Positions 27,922 through 38,304 of a DNA stretch of 64,000 nucleotides are shown piece after piece. The stretch lies in contig NC_086097.1 of assembly GCF_963921235.1 (NCBI RefSeq), positions 95,482,001-95,546,000 on the forward strand. The letters run 5' to 3'. The translations under genes and the position numbers were made by a program. Source of the DNA: Mobula hypostoma. Taxonomy: Eukaryota. Position 1 is the stretch's first letter. Every line of letters starts with the position of its first letter. The notes under the pieces are model-generated. The model had not been told where the DNA came from, did not search any database, and saw only the letters and a list, made by a program, of their open reading frames with translations.

Positions 27922-30636
27922 AGGTGGCGTTGCTGGTTAAAGATGAGATTAATGCAATAGAAAGGAAGGACATAAGCCGGGAAGATGTGGAATTGATATG
28001 GGTAGAACTGCATAACACTAAGGGGCAGAAAACGGTGGTGGGAGTTGTGTACAGGCCACCTAACAGTAGTAGTGAGGTCGGAGATGGTATTAAACAGGAA
28101 ATTAGAAATGTGTGCAATAAAGGAACAGCAGTTATAATGGGTGACTTCAATCTACATGTAGATTGGGTGAACCAAATTGGTAAAGGTGCTGAGGAAGAGG
28201 ATTTCTTGGAATGTATGCGGGATGGTTTTTTGAACCAACATGTCGAGGAACCAACTGGAGAGCAAGCTATTCTAGACTGGGTTTTGAGCAATGAGGAAGG
28301 GTTAATTAGCAATCTTGTCGTGAGAGGCCCCTTGGGTAAGAGTGACCATAATATGGTGGAATTCTTCATTAAGATGGAGAGTGACATAGTTAATTCAGAA
28401 ACAAAGGTTCTGAACTTAAAGAGGGGTAACTTTGAAGGTATGAGTCGTGAATTAGCTAAGATAGACTGGCAAATGATACTTAAAGGATTGACAGTGGATA
28501 TGCAATGGCAAGCATTTAAAGATTGCATGGATGAACTACAACAATTGTTCATCCCAGTTTGGCAAAAGAATAAATCAAGGAAGGTAGTGCACCCGTGGCT
28601 GACAAGAGAAATTAGGGATAGTATCAATTCCAAAGAAGAAGCATACAAATTAGCCAGAAAAAGTGGCTCACCGGAGGACTGGGAGAAATTCAGAGTTCAG
28701 CAGAGGAGGACAAAGGGCTTAATTAGGAAGGGGAAAAAAGATTATGAGAGAAAACTGGCAGGGAACATAAAAACTGACTGTAAAAGCTTTTATAGATATG
28801 TAAAAAGGAAAAGACTGGTAAAGACAAATGTAGGTCCCCTACGGACAGAAACAGGTGAATTGATTATGGGGAGCAAGGACATGGCAGACCAATTGAATAA
28901 TTACTTTGGTTCTGTCTTCACTAAGGAGGACATAAATAATCTTCCAGAAATAGTAGGGGACAGAGGGTCCAGTGAGATGGAGGAACTGAGCGAAATACAT
29001 GTTAGTAGGGAAGTGGTGTTAGGTGAATTGAAGGGATTAAAGGCAGATAAATCCCCAGGGCCAGATGGTCTGCATCCCAAAGTGCTTAAGGAAGTAGCCC
29101 AAGAAATAGTGGATACATTAGTGATAATTTTTCAAAACTCGTTAGATTCTGGACTAGTTCCTGAGGATTGGAGGGTGGCTAATGTAACCCCACTTTTTAA
29201 AAAAGGAGGGAGAGAGAAACCGGGGAATTATAGACCGGTTAGCCTAACGTCGGTGGTGGGGAAACTGCTGGAGTCAGTTATCAAAGATGTGATAACAGCA
29301 CATTTGGAAAGCAGTGAAATCATCGGACAAAGTCAGCATGGATTTGTGAAAGAAAAATCATGTCTGACGAATCTCATAGAATTTTTTGAGGATGTAACTA
29401 GTAGAGTGGATAGGGGAGAACCAGTGGATGTGGTATATTTGGATTTTCAAAAGGCTTTTGACAAGGTCCCACACAGGAGATTAGTGTGCAAACTTAAAGC
29501 ACACGGTATTTGGGGTAAGGTACTGATGTGGATAGAGAATTGGTTAGCAGACAGGAAGCAAAGAGTGGGAATAAACGGGACCTTTTCAGAATGGCAGGTG
29601 GTGACTAGTGGGGTACCGCAAGGCTCAGTGCTGGGACCCCAGTTGTTTACAATATATATTAATGACTTGGATGAGGGAATTAAATGCAACATCTCCAAGT
29701 TTGCGGATGACACGAAGCTGGGCGGCAGTGTTAGCTGTGAGGAGGATGCTAAGAGGATGCAAGGTGACTTGGATAGGTTGGGTGAGTGGGCAAATTCATG
29801 GCAGATGCAATTTACTGTGGATAAATGTGAAGTTATCCACTTTGGTGGCAAAAATAGGAAAACAGATTATTATCTGAACGGTGGCCGATTAGGAAAAGGG
29901 GAGGTGCAACGAGACCTGGGTGTCATTATACACCAGTCATTGAAAGTGGGCATGCAGGTACAGCAGGCGGTGAAAAAGGCGAATGGTATGCTGGCATTTG
30001 TAGCGAGAGGATTCGAGTACAGGAGCAGGGAGGTACTACTGCAGTTGTACAAGGCCTTGGTGAGACCACACCTGGAATATTGTGTGCAGTTTTGGTCCCC
30101 TAATCTGAGGAAAGACATCCTTGCCATAGAGGGAGTACAAAGAAGGTTCACCAGATTGATTCCTGGGATGGCAGGACTTTCATATGAAGAAAGACTGGAT
30201 GAACTGGGCTTGTACTCGTTGGAATTTAGAAGATTGAGGGGGGATCTGATTGAAACGTATAAAATCCTAAAGGGATTGGAGAGGCTAGATGCAGAAAGAT
30301 TGTTCCCAATGTTGGGGAAGTCCACAACAAGGGGTCACAGTTTAAGGATAAAGGGGAAGCCTTTTAGGACTGAGATTAGGAAAAACTTCTTCATACAGAG
30401 AGTGGTGAATCTGTGGAATTCTCTGCCACAGGAAACAGTTGAGGCCGGTTCATTGGCTATATTTAAGAGGGAGTTAGATATCGCCCTTGTGGCTACAGGG
30501 ATCGGGGGTATGGAGGGAAGGCTAGTGCAGGGTTCTGAGTTGGATGATCAGCCATGATCATAATAAATGGCAGTGCAGGCTCAAAGGGCCGAATGGCCTA
30601 CTCCTGCACCTATTTTCTATGTTTCTATGTTTCTAT
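27922..30636 (+). mobile_element. Young 5'-truncated CR1 LINE with open ORF2 (partial APE endonuclease plus RT)
   Basis: Uninterrupted frame to 30557 with GVVYRPP, MGDFN, SDHN, YRPVSLTS, LDFQKAFDKV, GVPQGSVLGP, KFADD. (TTTCTATG)n tail. TSD GTGTC at 27917-27921 and 30637-30641. Confidence 0.95.
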
Positions 30637-31102
30637 GTGTCGCCTCACCTGGAAGGACTGTCTGGGGCCCTGAATGGTGGTAAGGGAGGAAGTGTAAGGG
30701 CATGTGTAGCACTTGTTCCACTTACAAGGATAAGTGCCAGGAGGGAGATCAGTGGGGAGGGATGGGGGGACGAATGGACAAGGGAGTCACGTAGGGAGCA
30801 ATCCCTGCGGAAAGCAGAGAGAGAGGGGGAGGGAAAGATGTGCTTAGTGGTGGGATCCCGTTGGAGGTGGCGGAAATTACAGAGAATAATATGTTGGGCC
30901 CGGAGGCTGGTGGGGTGGTAGGTGAGGACCAGGGGAACCCTATTCCTAATGGGGTGACGGGAGGATGGAGTGAGAGCAGTTGTGCGTGAAATGAGAGAGA
31001 TGCGTTTGAGAGCAGAGTTGACGGTGGAGGAAAGGATTTTGTGCCCCTCACTCTCCCTTGACCATGACTCTGAGGCAATGCTGATAATGGAATTCCTTGT
31101 TC

Positions 31103-31828
31103 TGCTGGATATCACCATACATACTGTCTTTTTGCAATTAATAGATGACCCATTTTTGCACTTTCTTCAACAACTATATCAATTAAGTTTTACAGTTCTT
31201 CCTCCGTACTTGCAATTAACACAGTGTTATCTGCATATCTGAAATTATTGATGTTTTCACCACCAACTTTGATTCCCAAGATGTCTCTTATTTTTTGTAC
31301 TATTGTTTCACTGTACACATTAAACAAATCAGGGGAGAAAACATACTGTTGTCTATCTATCAATTGCAAAAAGACAGAATGTATGGTGATATCCAAAAAG
31401 AAAGAGAATCCAATCTGAAGGCTGAGAATAAACGGGGAAGACATAAAACAAGTACAGAACTTTTGCTACTTAGGAATCTGGGTGAAATCAGATGGCAGGT
31501 GCGAGATGGACATCAAAGAAGAACAGGGATGGCAAACGACACCTTTACGAGAATGAAGAGTATACTGACCAACACTAAACGAGGCATGACAACCCACCTC
31601 AGAGTACTGAAATGTTACGTTTATCCAGTTATGTAATATGGCTCAGAATGTTGGACAATATCTAGTAACATGAGGAAACGAATTGAAGCAGCAGAGATGT
31701 GGTTTTTGAGGAGGATGCAAAGAATATCATGGACAAAACGAATATCTAACGAGAATGTCATGAACAGAGCAAGCACAAAAAGAGAAATAATGTATCAGAT
31801 CATGAAAAGGCAACGTAACTTCATTGGA
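31103..31828. mobile_element. RTE-clade LINE fragment with 5' inversion
   Basis: Minus 31340-31103 encodes FSPDLFNVYSE...INNFRYADNTVLIAST. Plus 31351-31828 encodes LSINCKKTECMVIS...KRIEAAEMWFLRRMQRISWTKRISNENV. Confidence 0.85.
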
Positions 31829-33000
31829 AATACAAAATTCTCTGCGGATGCTGGGGTCAAAGCAACACGCACAACACGCTGGAGGAACTCAGCAGATCGG
31901 GCAGCATCCATAGAAATGAACAGTCAACGTTTTGGGCCAAAACCCTTCACCAGGACTGAAGAGGGAGGGGGCAGGGGCCCTATATAGGATAATGTGCTGG
32001 ATCCGGAGGCTGGTGGGGTGGTAGGTGAGGACAAGGGGAACTCTGTCCCTGTTGTGGTGACGGGAGGATGGGGAGAGGACCGAAGTGCGGGAAATGGAGG
32101 AGATGCGGGTGAGGGCATCATTGATGACGGCAGAAGGGAAACCACGATCCTTAAAGAAAGAGGTCATTTGAGATGTCCTGGAACGGAACGCCTCATCCTG
32201 GGAGCATATGTGGTGGAGACGGAGGAACTGGGAATAGGGAATAGCATTTTTGCATGTGGCAGGGTGGGAAGCGGTATAGTCGAGGTAGTTATGAGAGTCA
32301 GTGGGCTTATAGAAAATGTCAGTGGACAGTCTGTCTCCAGAGATGGAGGCCGAGAGATCGAGAAAGGGGAGCGAAGTGTCCGAGATGGACCAAGTGAATT
32401 TGAGGGCTGGGTGAAAGTTAGAAGTAAAATCGATGAAATTGACGAGCTCAGCATTAGTGCAGGAAGCAGCAACGATATAGTCGTCAATGTAGCGAAGGAG
32501 AAGTTGGGGAGCAGTACCAGTAAAGGTTTGGAGCATAGACTGTTCCACATAACCAACAAAGAGGCAGACAAAGCTGAGGCCCATGCGAGTGCCCATAGCT
32601 ACACCCTTGGTCTGAAGAAAGTGGGAAGAGCCAAAAGAGAAGTTATTAAGTGTGAGTACCAGTTCCACCAGCTGAAGGAGGGTAGTGGTGGTGGGGAACT
32701 GGTGAGGTCTATTGTCCAGAAAGTAGTGGAGGGCTTTGAGGACTTCTTGATGAGGAATGGAAGTGTATAAGGATTGGACATCCATAGTGAAAATGAAGCG
32801 GATGGGACCGGGGAACTGAAAGTCATTGAAGAGGTGGAGGGCATGGGATGTATCCCGGATGTAGGTGGGGTTTGATTTCCTTCTTCACCTTTCCTGCCTA
32901 TCCTATCCTCTCCTTGCTTCCCCTCCCCCACCCCATGATCTTTCCCCTTACTGGTTTTTCACCTGGAACCTACCAGTCTTCTCCTTCCCACCCTCATCCA
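31829..33000 (-). mobile_element. Second-subfamily PLE fragment (RT domain, internal deletion, inverted UTR piece at ~32873-33000)
   Basis: ORF 31889-32785: MDVQSLYTSIPH...QTKGVAMGTRMG...LRYIDD...LPFLDL...YKPT. The RT region joins directly to the terminus at ~31985. Confidence 0.9.
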
Positions 33001-33443
33001 TGTGCCCATCAAGAGTTTAATTGTTCCTACTGTGTCTGTCCTAAATTCAGTGACGGACGGGGTAGAAGCTATCCTCGAGCCTATTGGAAAGCGTTTTTGT
33101 GCTTTCCAATCTCCTGCCCGATGGGAGGGGGGGATAAGACAGAATATGGGAGAGGTCTTTGATTGTGCTGGCTGTTTTACTGAGGCAGTGAGAAATGCAG
33201 AAGAGTCCAAAGAGGAGAGGAAGATTTCTGTGATGTGCTCAGTTGTGTCCGTAACAACCTGCATTTTCCAGAAGTCACATGCTTGATCATGATGAGGTAG
33301 ATCGTGATGTCATTATGATCCAGTAACTGACCACAAGAAACTGCAGGCTGAGTGCAGTTCATCTGAGTGCAGACGGAGAGGCTAGTCTCCTTGAGGTGCT
33401 GAGCTGCTTCGTCAAGATTTTCTTAGAATTACGCACAAAATCT

Positions 33444-34280
33444 ATGGAGTTCTGCAAACTAAACAGGCGGGTGGTCCTTGGCCTGTCGATAGGCAGTGCT
33501 ACCATCATCATTGGCTGGTGGGCCTACCAGAATTTCGCCAAGAAGCGCCACCAAGCTGTGAAGGCCAAGCATGTAATCGGCACAGCTCAGCCAGTGGATT
33601 GCAAAGCGCAGTCCAAGGTTAGAAGCCAGAATATGGAGGAGGGGAGTATAGAATCAGGAGATGGAGGAAATGAGCAGGGGATCTCATCACAGGGACTGGC
33701 AGATCCAGGGCTAAGTCCTGAACCGGCTCCGGAAGATCGAGGGCTAAGTCCCGAACCGGCTCCGGAAGATCCAGGGCTAAGTCCCGAACCGGCTCCGGAA
33801 GATCCAGGGCTAAGTCCTGAACCGGCTCCGGAAGATCGAAGGCTAAGTCCCAAACCGGCTCCGGAAGATCGAGGGCTAGGTCCTGAACCGGCTCCGGAAG
33901 ATCGAGGGCTAAGTCCCAAACCAGCTCCGGAAGATCAAGGGTTCGGTCCCGAACCGGCTCCGGAAGATCCAGGGCTCGGTCCCGAACCGGCTCCGGAAGA
34001 TCGAGGGCTCGGTCCCGAACCGGCTCCGGAAGATCGAGGGCTTAGTCCCGAACCGGCTCCGGAAGATCGAGGGCTTAGTCCCGAACCGGCTCTGGAAGAT
34101 CGAGGGCCAAGTCCCGAACCGGCTCCGGAAGATCGAGGGCCTAGTCCCGAACCGGCTCTTGGGCATACCCAAACAGAGGCGACTGAACTGGAGCTGAGCC
34201 CAGTGGACGAACACTGGAATCGAGAGGATGAGGGGGAGGAAAATGGATGGGAGGGCAAAGGAACCATCAGAGATCAGTAG
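33444..34280 (+). CDS. Candidate first exon/ORF (278 aa): N-terminal signal anchor plus 14 x 11-aa Pro/Glu repeats; possibly pseudogenic
   Basis: MEFCKLNRR-VVLGLSIGSATIIIGWWAY-QNFAKKRH is a hydrophobic helix flanked by basic residues. An acidic disordered region follows. After the TAG at 34278-34280, exon-like purine-rich sequence continues to a possible donor AAG|GTAAAA at 34625/34626. Confidence 0.5.
   Translation: MEFCKLNRRVVLGLSIGSATIIIGWWAYQNFAKKRHQAVKAKHVIGTAQPVDCKAQSKVRSQNMEEGSIESGDGGNEQGISSQGLADPGLSPEPAPEDRGLSPEPAPEDPGLSPEPAPEDPGLSPEPAPEDRRLSPKPAPEDRGLGPEPAPEDRGLSPKPAPEDQGFGPEPAPEDPGLGPEPAPEDRGLGPEPAPEDRGLSPEPAPEDRGLSPEPALEDRGPSPEPAPEDRGPSPEPALGHTQTEATELELSPVDEHWNREDEGEENGWEGKGTIRDQ
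33702..34163 (+). repeat. 33-bp coding minisatellite, 14 units
   Basis: Unit GATC(C/G)AGGGCTAAGTCC(C/T)GAACCGGCTCCGGAA encodes D(P/R)GLSPEPAPE; 14 x 33 = 462 bp with no indels. Confidence 0.97.
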
Positions 34281-35762
34281 GAGCAGAAGGATGAAGAGAG
34301 GCTGGGGGGTGGGTCGGGTGACTTCACCAATGTGCAAGTGGGCATGAGGAGGGGAATAAAATTGGGCAAGAGAAAGAGCTCCCTGGAGGAGTCGGCTGGA
34401 GAGAGGAAGCGAATGAGAAAGTGGCAGACAAAACTCCAAAGGAGACAGCCAAGAGTAGGGCAGAGGATTGGAAGGGGACAACGCAGAGCTTGGAGAAGAG
34501 TTCTCAGATTTAGGGAACTGGTGCCTGAAGATGGGTCAAAGAAAGTAGGGAAATGGAAAGAGGAATCGTTTGATCCTGGAGGAAACACAGAAGTCTGGAT
34601 CCACAATCTTCTGAAGTCAATGAAGGTAAAAATAAATATATAGACACAATTGCCGTATCTTTTTTATATATAAAGGGGGCTGTGTTCCAAAGACTTTGGG
34701 GCACTGGAATATCCAAGTTGTAGAAGGCTACTGATCAAATGCTGATTTCTGGGGCTAGTATCGATGACATTATTGAAATGGTGGGTCAAAGGGCCTGTTC
34801 CTGCGCAGATCTCTCGATGACACGTCATGACCTCACAGATCCTTTGTTTACCTGCAGTCTCCCACCCACATTAATTATCTCACTCCCCTTGCCACTGGTA
34901 CGGCACAGTGGAGAAGCAGTTAGTGCGACGCTCCACAGGGCCAGTGATCTCCGATCAGGGTGCAGTTCCACTGCTCTATGTAAGGAGTTTGTACATTCTC
35001 CCCAAGACACCATGGAGTTCCTCCAAGTTCAGTTGAAAGCTTCCAATCTCCCCTCCCCCCACCCCGCCCTACTTCCCTCGTATCGATTGTGCAGAGGAGA
35101 TTCACCAGGATGCTGCCTGGGCTAGTTTAACCCAACCTCATGTAGTCTTATGAGGACAGGATGAGCACACAAGGGCTTTTCTCTTTGGAGTGAAGGACGG
35201 TGAGAGGGGACTTGAGAGAAGTGTACAAGGTCATAACAAACATAGATCGAGTGGATAGCCAGAGATATTTTCCCAGGGAGGGAATGGCAAATAGCAGGGA
35301 GTGTACACAGAGAGTGGTGTGTGTGGGGAACCACCCCGGGGGTTGTGGTAGAGGCAGATACATTAGGTACATTTAAGAAATACCTGTGCAGAGCACATGA
35401 ATGATAGAAAAAGGGAGTGTTCTATCTGGGGAAAGAGTTATATTGATCTTAGAACAGGTTAAAAGTTTGACACAATACTGTGGGCTGAAGGGCCTGTGGT
35501 GTGCTCTGGTGTTCTATCCCACTCATTGCAATACCTTCCCCTCTCCTACCCATTAACACCCTTCCTCTGTCCTCCACTGTTCTCCCCTACCTTCCTAACT
35601 CCTGACTACTTACCCCTGCCTCACCAGATCCTCACTCTCCACTTGTCTGTTCCATCACTCCTTCCCTCCCTTCCACTTCCCCTTCACTACCCACTCCCCC
35701 CACCCTCCACTTCCATTCTGCCATCTCTCCATCAGATGCGTCCTCTCCGTGTTCCTCCCAAG

Positions 35763-35927
35763 GCCTCAAGAATGACGACGATATTCAAGTCATGCTCAAG
35801 GGTACTCACATGCTGAAGATCAAATCCAGCTCATGGATGAAGTCACGCTACAACAAACTGAATGAAGACTGTTGGACGGTGCAGTATAATTCCAAAAAGA
35901 TCCTGAAGTCAGCCAGGAGCCAAATGT
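35763..35927 (+). pseudogene. Phospholipase C-delta-like PH-domain exon (orphan fragment)
   Basis: ccaag|GC CTC...ATG T|gtgagt, 165 bp, phase 1-1. It encodes (G)LKNDDDIQVMLKGTHMLKIKSSSWMKSRYNKLNEDCWTVQYNSKKILKSARSQM, a gapless match to recalled PLCD1 [55 protein letters not shown]. An alternative in-frame acceptor lies at 35736. Confidence 0.85.
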
Positions 35928-36231
35928 GTGAGTGTTGCTCAAGTCTTGGAGGGTTGGTGTGACAGCAAACGTAGTTTTAAAAAATTGTCTCGGGCACCAA
36001 CAAGTGCAGGGATTAGTTCTTGATTCCTGGTATGGCACCACGCTGAGGCCAGTAGAGTTACTGCTTCATGGCACCAGTGACCTGGATTCTATCTTTTATT
36101 GATTCTATTTTATTTGGAGAGTGCAGACAGATCCTTCTGGCCCAAAAGGCCACACCACCCAGCGGTCCACCTGTTTAACGCCAGACAAATCACAGGACAA
36201 CTCACCTGCCCTGCTGTGTTCCTCCAGCATT

Positions 36232-36292
<61 letters not shown>

Positions 36293-36306
36293 TCTGTGTG
36301 AGTGTG

Positions 36307-36338
<32 letters not shown>
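36232..36338. repeat. (TG)n microsatellite inside a PLE terminus
   Basis: TTCCTCCAGCATTG(TG)n...TTGCTC. A (CA)n run at 36673-36697 lies in the inverted partner terminus. Confidence 0.95.
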
Positions 36339-37319
36339 CTTTGCTCAGGAAAACAACTATCCAATTCATTCAGCATTCCACAGGGGGAAGAACTTTCAGA
36401 CAATATGACCCATATGTTGCAATAAGCTCCTCTCTTTCTCACCTCCTGGTCCATTTTCATTTCTCTGTTCATCCAGGTTTCCCATAAACATGACATGAGT
36501 CATATCCATCAAGCAGGAGCTACAGAAACCTGAAGCCCCACACCTCACAACCCTAATCTTTACAGTTTAGCAACACAATGATGCCTTTGCACAAGAGATT
36601 CTGCAGATGGTAGAACAACACACACAAAATGCAGAATGAACTCAGCAGGTCAGGCAGCATCCATAACTGTTTACACACACACACACACACACACACAGGC
36701 TGAGACCCGTCTGCAGGACTCAGCCTGATGGAGAATGTTAACCCTTTCATTCCTGGAATCATTCCCATGAACCTCCTCTGGGCCCTCTGAAAGGCCTTTG
36801 AGCATTTTAAATGTCACTGATTATCTGAAAATTGCTTCAGCGGATTTAGATTATTAAATTATTTTAATTTTGTTTAAGCATACTTCACAACATATTTAAG
36901 TGCTTGAAATTAAATAAAACAAAGAAAGATAAACAATCTACTGCCCGCATGTTTTCAGTTAAGATCAGTGACCACATTCGAATGAATGGGATCACAATAC
37001 ATACACCAGCTGTTGCTGGGGTAAGCTTGAGGGACCGGACACAAAGTGCATCCAGACCTTCAATAGGTCCAATGTGGAAGGTATGAGCTCAAGTTCATTC
37101 CCATCTGCTGTGTTGTCACACAGTTAGTCAATAATTCCCTTGGGAACTGTTGTCTGAAAGCTGGGTTGATTTCCAAGTCAGGATATTGGTGCTGGTATTT
37201 GTATTGGATTAATATTGTCACATGTACTGAGGTACAGTGAAAAGCTTGTCTTGCATACTGGTCATACGCATCAATTCATTACACAGTGCATTGGGGTAGA
37301 ATAAGGCAAAACAATAATG

Positions 37320-38304
37320 TTAGGATGTTGGGCTGTAGTATGATGGACTTCACTGTGCAGTTTGAGAAGGAGAAGCTAAAGTCTGATGTATCAGTATGAT
37401 AGTAGAGTAAGAGGAATTACAGAGGCATGAAAGGGGAGCTGGTCAAAGTTGACTGGAAGGGACACTGGCAGGAACAACACCAGAACAGCAATGGCTGCAG
37501 TTTCTGAGAGCAATTCGAAAGGGTAGATGCATCCCAAAGATGAAGAAGTATTTTAAAGGGAGGATGAGACAACTGTCACTGACAAGGGAAGTCAAACACA
37601 GCATAAAGACAAAAGAGAGAGTGCACACTATTTAGCAAAAGTTAGAGGGAAGTTAGAGGATTGGGAAACTTGAAAGCCAACAGATGCCAACTGAAAAAGC
37701 AATAAAGAGAGAAAAGATGAAATATCAATGTAAGCTAGCCAATAATGTTAAAAAAAAGCATACAAAAAGTTTTTTCAGATATGTGAAGAGTAAAAGAGGC
37801 AGGAGTGAATATTGGACCACTGGAAAATTATGCTAGAGAAGTAATAATGGAGGACAAAGAAATAGCAGATGAACTGAATAATTATTTTACATCAGTTTTC
37901 ACTGTGGAAGACACCAGCAGTTTGCCAGAAGTTCAAGAGTGTCGGGGGCAGAACTGAGTGTAGTTGCTATTACTAAGGAGGAGATGGTCGGGAAACTCAA
38001 AGTTCTGAAGGTCAATAAGACAACTGGACGAGATGGACTATACCCCAGGGTTCTGAACGAGGTAGCTGAAGAGATTGTGGAGGCATTGATAGTGATCTTT
38101 CAAGAATCAGGAGATTCTGAATAGTTCTGAAGGAAAAGAAAATTTCAAATTTCACTCCACTCTTTAAGATGGGAGGGAGGCAAAAGATGGGAAATTATAG
38201 GTCAGTTAGCCAGTGGTTGGGAAGATGTTGGAGTCCATTATTAAGGAGGAGGTTCCAATGTAACCAGAATCATACAATAACATCGGACTTCATTAAGGGA
38301 AAAT
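37320..38304 (+). mobile_element. CR1 ORF2 fragment, decayed
   Basis: GKLKVLKVNKTTGRDGLYPRVLNEVAEEIVEALIVIFQES; ends abruptly at ...AAGGGAAAAT where the PLE begins. Confidence 0.85.

Larger units (their letters stand above)
27196..31033 (-). mobile_element. Penelope-like element, left arm (split by CR1 at 27922-30636)
   Basis: IYCVRCSRCGLLYIGETRRRLGDRFAEHLRS (GIY-YIG) left of the CR1; RVPLVLTYHPTSLRAQHIILCNFRHLQRDPTTKHIFP right of it. Confidence 0.9.

Noticed and set aside
27920..30325. Long minus-strand ORFs opposite CR1 ORF2 (and the 258-aa plus ORF at 31994-32770 opposite the PLE RT)
   Set aside because: Antisense shadow frames of retroelement coding sequence with no independent motifs.
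33702..34163. CRISPR-like array
   Set aside because: The units are head-to-tail with no unique spacers, the context is eukaryotic and there are no cas genes.
33587..34606. Minus-strand Gly/Ser-rich and SIFRSRFGT repeat ORFs
   Set aside because: Antisense readings of the 33-bp minisatellite.
36099..36496. ORFs rich in VC or HT repeats
   Set aside because: Translations of a (TG)n microsatellite.
36958..37020. Possible next PLC-delta exon (ttttcag|TT AAG ATC AGT GAC...GGG|gtaagc, FKISDHIRMNG...)
   Set aside because: Splice-like signals and a faint FxIxD start are present, but it is far too short and does not match the rest of the PH domain. It remains at most a cryptic exon.
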